Source: Rhodanobacteraceae bacterium
Lineage (GTDB): Bacteria > Pseudomonadota > Gammaproteobacteria > Xanthomonadales > Rhodanobacteraceae
Reading direction: 5' to 3'
Assembly (NCBI GenBank): GCA_049583635.1
Contig: JBAUWF010000066.1
Location: forward strand, 603-64,602
DNA length: 64,000 nt
Shown: in pieces, positions 1 to 9,022 of the stretch
Layout of the letters: the number at the start of each line of letters is the position of its first letter
Numbering within the stretch: position 1 is the first letter of the stretch
Notes under the pieces: generated by a model
What the model was told of the DNA's origin: nothing
Seen by the model: the letters and a program-made list of their open reading frames with translations, nothing else
Database searches by the model: none
Translations under genes and position numbers: made by a program

Positions 1-1947
1 CCACAGGTCGCCTTTGTGGTATTTGGGCGGGTTGGCGGTGTCGTCGGTCAGGCGATAGGTGTACGTCGTGATGTCACTGACGTCGGTGCGCGGACCGTCG
101 ACAGTTTTCATCAGCCCAACCAGCGGGCAGTCGGTGCCGTTGACCGCGTCGCAATAGGTCATCACCCAGCGGCGGATGCCGGCTGGCGGCGTGCCGGTGG
201 TCGCGCAGACATAGCCGCTGGCACCCGCGACGGTCAGATCGTAGACGCAGCGCGCGGTGGGCTGACCGCGACTGTTGTAGACCCAGTCCGTGCGCGCCTC
301 GGGTGTGCCTGCGTTGTTGACAATCGTGCGCTGGTCCGGCACGCGGAAGTTCGCGTTCCACGCTGTATTGATCGTGCGTTTCTCGGGCGGCGTGATTCGG
401 TTTGGCGGATTGTTCGGATCGACGATGGTGTTGGCCTCGATCCGCTGCGTTTCCAGGCCGCGCGTGTTGTACGTGTACAGCGTGTCGGTATCGCGGAAGT
501 CTCTTGCCGATTGCGGATAGCCGTTGGCGTCGTAGGCTTTCGTCTTCGCTTCCCCGGCGCAATAGTCGCAGGGCTGATCGAGAGAAGAGATTCGCGCGAC
601 GAGGTACTGCGCGAGGAAGCCGAACACGCGTTGCTGGCCTTGACCGTCGGTGACGGTCGTCGTTCCGTTGCTGTTGAACAGCAGCGCGGTCCGATCGATG
701 GTGCCGCCGCTGAACGGGCCGTGCACACTGAGGTTAGCGCGGCCGCTCGCGTCATAGCCCCAACTGGCGTAGCGCTGGTTGACCTCGTCAACGATGCCGG
801 TCAGTGCGTTGGGCTGGTTGCCGATGACCTGGCCGGATTCGTTGTATTTGTACAGACGCGTCTTCGTCGCGCCGTTGTCTTCGGGATAGGTCGCCGACGT
901 CAGATTGCCGGACGTGTAGCCGTAACTGATCATGTCGCCGTTGCCGTCGGTCACACTGGTCAACTGGTCACCGGAGTAGGTGAAGGTGAGGGTATGCCCC
1001 TGCGGATCTGTCACCTGCTGGACGTAGTTGTGCGAAAGCATACTACCGCCGGATCCGGTGGTGTACGTCAGTGTCTGTATATAACCGTTGCGATCGGTGC
1101 GCGATGCAAGCCGACCGAGCGTGTCGTAGGTTTCGACGACATCGTCGGTGGTCGTGTAAGTGGCGCCATAGTAGTCGTTTCCGCTGAGGGTCACGCTGAG
1201 GCGCTCCGGCACGTCCGCATCGCTGATCCAGGTGTTGCCCGAACGCGTAAAGAGCTGGATGCGACCGTTCGGTCGATAGACATACGCCTTGGCCGGGGTG
1301 CTGCCGTTGACCGCCGCATTCGGCACGACATAAATCCGGCCGAGGTAACTATGGGTCCATGCGACGCCCATCGGCGCGGCGTTGTCGAACAGGATGCGCT
1401 TGCTGTCGTAGGTGCGTTCGAATCGCAGCGGAAACGGGCCGGTGCCGACAAAGTCCGACTCGACCTGATGCTTGTTGCCTGATGCAGTATGAATCGGATT
1501 GCTGCCGTTGCCGCAGGCGCCGCAACAGTCGTCCGTACACTTGGGCGGACCGCATTGACCGGTTTCCGGGTCGGTGTAGTTGGGTAAATTGCAGGAATCC
1601 GTGCTTCCGGTCTGGTAGACGCTGGTGTCGACTTCCTCGACGGGGATGTAAGTTCCGCCGAAGAACCGTCCGTAGATGACGCCGCGGCATACCTGCTCCT
1701 GGATGCCCTCGTTCGGGCCGACATACACGGCGCCGAAGCGATACTCGCGATTGCTGTTTTCCTGATAACCGTTGGTGCGACGGATCAGCTCGCCCACGAT
1801 GCACGCTTCCTCGGGGCTGTGATAATGCGGTTGCGACAAGTCGAATCGATCATCCACCCAGAATTGTGCGGCATGCACGGTGTGGCCGAAGAAACAGAAA
1901 AGCACGAACGATATCGTGACCAGCACGTTCAAGCGTTGGGAATTCAT
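1..1947 (-). CDS. RHS/YD-repeat protein, N-terminal 649 codons (start codon in window, body runs off the left edge)
   Basis: Absent from the ORF track because it has no stop in the window. Reverse-strand reading from ATG 1947-1945 stays open to nt 1. It starts MNSQRLNVLVTISFVLFCFFGHTVHAA (Sec-type signal), followed by a Cys-rich stretch (CGPPKCTDDCCGACGNG). Next comes SNPIHTASGNKHQVESDF, the motif that normally precedes Rhs cores. YD-type repeats follow (TYDTLGRLASRTDRNGY, FTYSGDQLTSVTDGNGD, AYDANGYPQS, YTYNTRGLETQRIE). The listed + ORF 16..1482 is its Arg/Val-rich shadow. Confidence 0.85.
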   Translation of the reverse strand, partial: MNSQRLNVLVTISFVLFCFFGHTVHAAQFWVDDRFDLSQPHYHSPEEACIVGELIRRTNGYQENSNREYRFGAVYVGPNEGIQEQVCRGVIYGRFFGGTYIPVEEVDTSVYQTGSTDSCNLPNYTDPETGQCGPPKCTDDCCGACGNGSNPIHTASGNKHQVESDFVGTGPFPLRFERTYDSKRILFDNAAPMGVAWTHSYLGRIYVVPNAAVNGSTPAKAYVYRPNGRIQLFTRSGNTWISDADVPERLSVTLSGNDYYGATYTTTDDVVETYDTLGRLASRTDRNGYIQTLTYTTGSGGSMLSHNYVQQVTDPQGHTLTFTYSGDQLTSVTDGNGDMISYGYTSGNLTSATYPEDNGATKTRLYKYNESGQVIGNQPNALTGIVDEVNQRYASWGYDASGRANLSVHGPFSGGTIDRTALLFNSNGTTTVTDGQGQQRVFGFLAQYLVARISSLDQPCDYCAGEAKTKAYDANGYPQSARDFRDTDTLYTYNTRGLETQRIEANTIVDPNNPPNRITPPEKRTINTAWNANFRVPDQRTIVNNAGTPEARTDWVYNSRGQPTARCVYDLTVAGASGYVCATTGTPPAGIRRWVMTYCDAVNGTDCPLVGLMKTVDGPRTDVSDITTYTYRLTDDTANPPKYHKGDLW

Positions 1948-2174
1948 GATTGATCTCCCCGGAGCCGTTACGGCGCGTGATGCGACCTATGCGGAGATAC
2001 TGCGCGCGCAATTGGTCGAAATCCATGCTGCCAAGGGCCCGTCGTCATGCAGAACTGCTGCATGCGTCACACACACTGTAAGCGGGTTTACGGCAGACTC
2101 GGGCAAGTTAAGGATGACTGGGAAAGTGTGCGCAGTGTTGCTGGTGGTTCAGCCATGCTGCTGGGAGGCACCGC

Positions 2175-2564
2175 ATGGAATCACATCCCATCGGCAAGAA
2201 TCAGCGAATCTCCGGAGTCTTGTGCAACCGCATCCGTCGCGCCAGGCGTATTGCAGGTCTGACTCAAGCCGAACTGGCGAAAAGAACCGGGACAGGCACC
2301 AGCGCCGTCGCGCAATGGGAATCCCCGCACGGGACTTCACCAACGGTCGAGCACCTTATCGAAATCGCAATCACGTGCGCGGTGACTTTCGAGTGGCTCG
2401 CAACAGGCCGTGGGCCCATTCGCGACGATTTAAGCGAAACACCCGCGCTCGACGTCGGTTCATTCGCGATGGACGAATCGGAAGATCGCCTGCTCGTCGC
2501 ATATCGCCGCATATCGGCGCGCAAACGTCCGATTTTCGTGCGCTGGATGGAAGATTTCATGTGA
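2175..2564 (+). CDS. XRE-family helix-turn-helix transcriptional regulator
   Basis: 129 aa. Classic Cro/C1 HTH: RIRRARRIAGLTQAELAKRTGTGTSAVAQWESPHGTSPTVEHLIEIA. Divergent from the RHS gene across a 227-bp intergenic region. Confidence 0.8.
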   Translation: MESHPIGKNQRISGVLCNRIRRARRIAGLTQAELAKRTGTGTSAVAQWESPHGTSPTVEHLIEIAITCAVTFEWLATGRGPIRDDLSETPALDVGSFAMDESEDRLLVAYRRISARKRPIFVRWMEDFM

Positions 2565-2585
2565 GCGAGCAGTTGCACCGATGAT

Positions 2586-2834
2586 TCACGTCGAACGTGA
2601 GCGGGCGCTGTTCGACAAGAAACTGGCCACCTCAGCCGCATCGAACGGCCAAGCCAGTTCTCTCGCTGAATCGGCTTCGCGCAACACCGGCACGCGATCA
2701 CCGTAGATCGCTTCGAGTTGCACATCGTCATCGATCCACACCGCCTCGAAATCCGGTGCGTGCGCTGCCGCGAGTACCGCGAGCGCCTGGTCGCAAAGCG
2801 GGCAATCGTCGCGCTGATAGAGGATGAGGTGCAT
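2586..2834 (-). CDS. glutaredoxin-like (DUF836-type) small thioredoxin-fold protein
   Basis: Internal ATG at 2834 of track ORF 2586..3260 gives 82 aa: MHLILYQRDDCPLCDQA...YGDRVPVLRE...ELAWPFD. It has a CPxC motif and the typical DUF836 layout. The upstream part of the track ORF overlaps sdaA antisense and is discarded. Confidence 0.7.
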   Translation of the reverse strand: MHLILYQRDDCPLCDQALAVLAAAHAPDFEAVWIDDDVQLEAIYGDRVPVLREADSARELAWPFDAAEVASFLSNSARSRST

Positions 2835-2907
2835 GTTAGGGCTGAGGGCTGAGGACTGAGCGGTGCGAGGCGTAGAATAACGGCAACTTCGCCCCAAGTT
2901 GTGTCTC

Positions 2908-4290
<1,383 letters not shown>

Positions 4291-4328
4291 GCGCAGACGA
4301 CAAACGCCGGGACGTTCGTCAGGCCGAC

Positions 4329-4412
4329 GATGGGTATCGCTGCGCTCCACCCATCCTGCAAAGATCGCCACCACGCAGCTCGTAGGATGGGTGGAGCGCA
4401 GCGATACCCATC
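4329..4412. repeat. REP-type nested palindrome pair (two 29-nt units in inverted orientation)
   Basis: GATGGGTATCGCTGCGCTCCACCCATCCT (4329-4357) has a perfect reverse complement at 4384-4412, 26 nt away. Each unit is itself a hairpin (GATGGGT/ACCCATC). It lies between convergent sdaA and the 4454..5035 gene. A diverged copy sits at 11058..11128. Confidence 0.75.
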
Positions 4413-4453
4413 GTCCCGGCACCGCGCGCCCACCAATCCATGCGCGAGTCCGT

Positions 4454-5035
4454 TCAGACGACGCGCGCGCGATCGCCTCGACCAAGCCACCACGCGATGC
4501 CCGCACCCGCGAGCAACCAGCCGATCACCTGTTCAAGCCCGCTCCCGATCGTGAATGCGGTCGGAAACATGTACCAGTTCCAGTACGGCACATTGATCGC
4601 AAGCCACGCAAACAAGCCCAGTCCGCCTGCCGCGAGTACGCGCCCGGCAAAGCCGGACGCGCCGAGCGACAGCACCCACGCCGCAATCAGCGCGGCAAGC
4701 ACAACCGACACGAACTGCTTGATCATGTTCGGAACCATGTTCGACATCACTGGATTGCCGCCTGCCTGATAGACCACGAACGCGAACGCGCTGTTGCGGT
4801 TCTGTTCGTTGAACGCTGTCATCGCCGCCTGATCACTCATCTTCTCGGGCGCAATGCTCGGGTACATGTAGACACCGGGTCCCGACGTCGCGGTGGTCGC
4901 CAGCACGCTCAGCGCAGCCGGCTGCTCGACCGGCAGCTTGACGCCCATCTCGCCGATCGGCAGCAGCGTATGCGCCAGCGTGGTCCAGATGAACATGATG
5001 ATTCCGCCGATGATTCCCGCAATCACGATACGCAT
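4454..5035 (-). CDS. integral membrane protein, unknown function
   Basis: 193 aa with about 5 hydrophobic helices (MRIVIAGIIGGIIMFIWTTLAHTLL..., VLSLGASGFAGRVLAAGGLGLFAWLAI). GC3-rich codon use matches the genome. I recognise no family. Confidence 0.65.
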   Translation of the reverse strand: MRIVIAGIIGGIIMFIWTTLAHTLLPIGEMGVKLPVEQPAALSVLATTATSGPGVYMYPSIAPEKMSDQAAMTAFNEQNRNSAFAFVVYQAGGNPVMSNMVPNMIKQFVSVVLAALIAAWVLSLGASGFAGRVLAAGGLGLFAWLAINVPYWNWYMFPTAFTIGSGLEQVIGWLLAGAGIAWWLGRGDRARVV

Positions 5036-5210
5036 GTGAGTCTCCCCTCACCCGGCCGACTGCCGGAAGGGCATCTTGCCGCGCGCGGCGCATCACGGCA
5101 ATCGGTTTGATCTGTTGGCGGCGAGGCATGCGCACTCCGTTTGCAGTCGGTGTGGAGCGCCGGTCGAAATGTTGGAAATCGCGGGCTCGCTGATTGGCGG
5201 CTTCCCGCAA

Positions 5211-5238
5211 GAAAAACGGCGCGGTAGCCAGCCGCGCC
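5211..5238 (-). terminator. rho-independent terminator after the S8 protease gene
   Basis: On the minus strand: GGCGCGG-CTGGCTA-CCGCGCC followed by GTTTTTC, about 28 nt downstream of the protease stop at 5266. Confidence 0.6.
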
Positions 5239-5265
5239 GCTGAGAGTACTTCGCGTAACCCGTGC

Positions 5266-8196
5266 CTACTGGCTGTTGTCCAGCACGATAGGCTGACCTG
5301 CGGCATCAGTACCGTGGCCACGGATGATCCAGTTATGGGTAAAGCTCGGAAGCGCATCGGGCGTCAACACAAGCCCGAGCGCACTCAGATCCGGCGGCGA
5401 GCCGACACTGCCCAGACCCCCGATCCAGGAATGACCGGCGAAGTCGACTGCATCATCGGCACTCGCCGGAAACGCATTGACGGTGCGGTTGACCAGGGCA
5501 ATCAGGATCTCGCCCGGGCCGTTCAGCGTGACACCACTCGGAATCGTGATCGTCTGCAAGCTGTTCTGCGGTGCCGCAACCGTCTGACCGGTCACGGAAC
5601 CCACGAGTGTCGCACCGTTGGATGGATCGTCGTCACTATCCTGGAAAACGTACAGATCGAAAACGTCTCCGACCGTAGTCCCGGTCGCACTGAAGATCGT
5701 ATCCACGGTGTTGAGCGTGATCGGATACTCGTCGGCATCCGGCGTGAACTGGTTGAGCCAGAGGAACGTGAACGGCGAGGTACCGCCCCCGAGGGAGTTG
5801 AAGTTGCCGCCGCTGTCGGGCAAGCCATCGATCTGCAGCGTGCACACGCCATTCGTGCATACGCCACTCGGCGGCGGCGGCGCGCCGTCGAAGCCGTCCT
5901 GGAAAACCTCGTCGACGAGCGGAGCATCGATCGCCACCGTCAGGTGCTGATCAGGCGACTGGCCGTTGGCTTCGCTCAGAACGACATCGCCGAAGCTGAT
6001 ACCGCTCGTTCCACTGGACGGCGGCTCCGCGGTAATTGTCAGCGTCTGCGTCGCGCCCGGCGCGAGCGTGAAGCTTGCCGGTGCTATCGAACCCGTGATG
6101 CCGCCGGAAATCGTATCGAACGACGCATTCCACGAGCCTTGCGTGGCGAGCCGGTTCTTGACGGTGCGTGTCCAGCTGCAGCTACCCTGACAATCGACGT
6201 TGCGCATCGACGGAATGTTGAGATCCTTGACGTCGATCGAGCCACCGGATGGATTGGCCGCCAGGAAATTCGCGTAGGTCTCGTCGAGGGTCAAACCCAC
6301 GAGCGCCGCCTTGGTCAGATCGACACGACCGCTGCCGACATCGTCGATCGTCCACGGCGTGGTTCCGTCCTCCTCGACGCCATCGGCGTTGGTAGCCGTC
6401 GTCTGCATCGCCGACTTGACCTCTTCCACGGTCCAGTCCGGATGCACGGCGCGAATCAATGCGCCGGAACCGGTGTTGTGCGGCGTCGACATCGAAGTGC
6501 CGCTGAGGAATCCGTAGCTGCCTTCCGAGTTGGTCAGTGCGGCGTAGATGTTCACGCCCGGACCGCTGATGTCCGGCTTGGTCAGATCGGCGAAGGGCGC
6601 CGGCGTCGGGCCGCGATAGCTGAAGTTGGCCAGCACATCACCTTGCGTATTGCCGACGGCGATCGGCACGACATCGGCGGTCGCATCCGTCGGATTGGCA
6701 TCGGCGAATGCGATCAACGCATCGCCCTGGAACATCGTGGTGCTGTAGGCCGGTACATTCGGCGCCCCGGTCGTGTCCATGTTGACCGTGCCGGGCACGT
6801 TGTTGCCGATCACAACCAGATCCGCGCCGGCGTTGGCGGCGTTGGTGATTTTCTCGGTAAACGTGCAGGTGCCGCGGCGCAACATCGCGATCGCGCCGGT
6901 GAACGTGCCGGCCGGAATCCCGCCACTGGCGGTGCATGCTTCCGGATTGGGCGAGTAGGACCTGATCGGGTGATCGGTAAGCGTCGGTGTCGATGACGCG
7001 GGCGTTGTGCTGCCCGGGTTCAACGGAACCCCGACCGTTTCGGGTGGCGGCGTACCCGGACCGGTCACCGAAAGATTGGGCCCGATGATTTCATCCTGAG
7101 TCGATGCCGCCACGCTGAGCAGCCACGGCCCCCGGTGATTGACCTTGCCGACCGGATCGGTTTCCCCGGCTTGCAGATTGCCTGCAGCAGCGGCGACGAA
7201 CACGCCTGCATTCATCGCGTCCAGGAAATCGCGATCGTTGTCGTTCCACGGGCTGGTCCCCCCCGAAATCGAGAAATTCAGCACGTCAACCTGGTCGGTG
7301 ATCGCATTCTCGATACCCGCTGCGATATCGGCACCACCGCAATTAGTGGTCTGGCACACCTTGTAGCTGTAAAGATATGCGCATGGCGCCACGCCGGACA
7401 TCGTGATGCCGTCCGGAATTGACGGCGGCGGCACCGCGGTGTTGTCGAGCGTGTTGCCGGCTGCCGTGCTCGCGGTATGGACGCCGTGTCCGTTGCCCTG
7501 GGCGGCCTCCGGATCGGGACCGTTGCAAAGACCACCGCTGCTGGAGCTGCAATCGACCGCCTTGAGTTTCGGATTGGCGTCGCTGAAGCCGCAAACCGGA
7601 TCGTTCGCGAATGACGGGTGTGTGCTGTAGGTGCCGGTATCGAGATCCGCGACGATGATGCCCTGACCCATCGTACCGGTGTGATCCGGCGTATCGGTGC
7701 CGTCCCAGATCTTGTCGGCGCCGATGAATTTCGGACCGCGATAGGTCGTCAGATGTTCGATCGTTTCCGGTTTGATCGACCGGATGCCCGGCAGGGCAGC
7801 GACACGTGCGGCCTGCTCGGATGTCAGCTCGGCGGAGATGCCGTTGCGCAAAATCTCGTAACTGTGCTGCATGTTGAGCGATCCGGAAACCACCTGCCGG
7901 ATTGCGGCCACATGCTCGTCACGCTTGGTCTGAAGATATCGACTGTAGGCCAACGACGCGGGGCTGTGCACGTCGAGCTTGCGCGTGCCGACCTTGTCGG
8001 GAGCGGTTGGCGCAAGATTCTGCACGCCGCCCTCGTAATGCAGCAGACCCGGTTCGACAAAGGTGATGATGTAGGTTCGCGGCGCTTCCTTGAGTACCGC
8101 GACGTTGCTGGCCTGTACCGGCGTGGTGACACCCGCGCCGAGCAGCGCGACCGCGATGGCGGACGCCAGCGCGCCCATGTGTATCGACTTGCCCAT
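5266..8196 (-). CDS. secreted subtilisin-family (S8) serine protease with I9 propeptide, PA-domain insert and long C-terminal extension
   Basis: 976 aa from ATG 8196 (RBS GGAGAAG). Signal peptide MGKSIHMGALASAIAVALLGAGVTTPVQA. Catalytic motifs: VADLDTGT (Asp), GHGVHTASTAAGN (His), SGTSMSTPH (Ser). The PA-like insert reads GAIAMLRRGTCTFTEKITNAANAGADLVVIGNN. The roughly 250-aa C-terminal region has no motif I recognise. Confidence 0.9.
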   Translation of the reverse strand: MGKSIHMGALASAIAVALLGAGVTTPVQASNVAVLKEAPRTYIITFVEPGLLHYEGGVQNLAPTAPDKVGTRKLDVHSPASLAYSRYLQTKRDEHVAAIRQVVSGSLNMQHSYEILRNGISAELTSEQAARVAALPGIRSIKPETIEHLTTYRGPKFIGADKIWDGTDTPDHTGTMGQGIIVADLDTGTYSTHPSFANDPVCGFSDANPKLKAVDCSSSSGGLCNGPDPEAAQGNGHGVHTASTAAGNTLDNTAVPPPSIPDGITMSGVAPCAYLYSYKVCQTTNCGGADIAAGIENAITDQVDVLNFSISGGTSPWNDNDRDFLDAMNAGVFVAAAAGNLQAGETDPVGKVNHRGPWLLSVAASTQDEIIGPNLSVTGPGTPPPETVGVPLNPGSTTPASSTPTLTDHPIRSYSPNPEACTASGGIPAGTFTGAIAMLRRGTCTFTEKITNAANAGADLVVIGNNVPGTVNMDTTGAPNVPAYSTTMFQGDALIAFADANPTDATADVVPIAVGNTQGDVLANFSYRGPTPAPFADLTKPDISGPGVNIYAALTNSEGSYGFLSGTSMSTPHNTGSGALIRAVHPDWTVEEVKSAMQTTATNADGVEEDGTTPWTIDDVGSGRVDLTKAALVGLTLDETYANFLAANPSGGSIDVKDLNIPSMRNVDCQGSCSWTRTVKNRLATQGSWNASFDTISGGITGSIAPASFTLAPGATQTLTITAEPPSSGTSGISFGDVVLSEANGQSPDQHLTVAIDAPLVDEVFQDGFDGAPPPPSGVCTNGVCTLQIDGLPDSGGNFNSLGGGTSPFTFLWLNQFTPDADEYPITLNTVDTIFSATGTTVGDVFDLYVFQDSDDDPSNGATLVGSVTGQTVAAPQNSLQTITIPSGVTLNGPGEILIALVNRTVNAFPASADDAVDFAGHSWIGGLGSVGSPPDLSALGLVLTPDALPSFTHNWIIRGHGTDAAGQPIVLDNSQ

Positions 8197-8362
8197 TGGT
8201 CTTCTCCGTGGAATGACGGGTGAACGCTGCCGATCACGATCGGCAATCGGGAAATCTACGCTGCCGCAAAGCGCGGGCCTTGGGATCAACGGTTTATAGC
8301 ATCGCAACCGACACGCTGCCAACCGTCTGCGGTCCTATGCCGTGATGCCGGGAACGCGCGGA

Positions 8363-8911
8363 CTACGTGATCTGCCCCAGGCGCGATCGACGCGATACAT
8401 AACAAGGCAAGGCAACCAAGCCTGCAACCCACAAAAGAAGGCCGAGCACAATCAGGGCAGCTGGCGACAGCATCGGCAATGCAACGATGCCGCCTGCGAG
8501 ACTGCCCGGTACGAGCGTGCCGTGCAGTTCGAGCGAGTTCTGGGTCCAGGTCACGTCGTAGCTCGGCGCCGCAAGAACACCAAGTTCGGCGACGACCTCG
8601 TACGGGACCGGCGCCATCGGGAGGAAACAACCTCTGTCATCGTAGGGTGAGGCGATCGAAATCGATGTTCCGTCGACCTCGATGGAAGACGGCGGCAAGA
8701 ATTCCACCTCGCAGCCGGGCCCGTCGCTCCGACCGGAAACGACCGCCTCGATGCCCCCGATCGGAGAGGGTCGGAACGACAGCGACTCGTCCAACGCATG
8801 AGCCGGCGCAAACGCCGACATCAGACCGACTACCAGTGCGATTTTCAACGCGGATCGCAGCAAGGCACTCCCCTCATGCAACGTTCCGACCATAGCACTC
8901 CGTGCAATCAA
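8363..8911 (-). CDS. small secreted protein with IPTL-CTERM-like C-terminal anchor/sorting tail
   Basis: 182 aa. Signal-like N-terminus ALKIALVVGLMSAFAPAHA. C-terminus VALPMLSPAALIVLGLLLWVAGLVALPCYVSRRSR, i.e. an (I/V/L)P(T/M)LS motif, a TM helix and an Arg cluster. It sits 166 nt upstream of, and co-oriented with, the S8 protease. The start could instead be 8893. Confidence 0.6.
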   Translation of the reverse strand: MIARSAMVGTLHEGSALLRSALKIALVVGLMSAFAPAHALDESLSFRPSPIGGIEAVVSGRSDGPGCEVEFLPPSSIEVDGTSISIASPYDDRGCFLPMAPVPYEVVAELGVLAAPSYDVTWTQNSLELHGTLVPGSLAGGIVALPMLSPAALIVLGLLLWVAGLVALPCYVSRRSRLGQIT

Positions 8912-9022
8912 GTCAACCGAGAAACATGGGGCAGTTTGGGTGCGTTCCCGCAGCCGCAGGTCATGGTGCGATGAGCGCGTATCGGTGTGTTCCGGTTTCC
9001 AAGAGCGCAGATGCTCTGCTTG

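Noticed and set aside
16-1482. 488-aa + strand ORF at the left end
   Set aside because: Arg/Val/Gly-rich with no motifs. It lies exactly antisense to a frame that translates into clean RHS/YD repeats, so it is a shadow ORF.
5194-6996. 600-aa + strand ORF
   Set aside because: Antisense to the S8 protease, which has an unambiguous catalytic triad. The composition is Arg-rich junk typical of high-GC shadows.
8229-8244. Palindrome GCCGATC-ac-GATCGGC between the S8 protease promoter region and its RBS, possibly an operator
   Set aside because: 7+7 GC-rich palindromes are expected by chance a few times in 64 kb of 65% GC DNA. There is no second copy and no known consensus.
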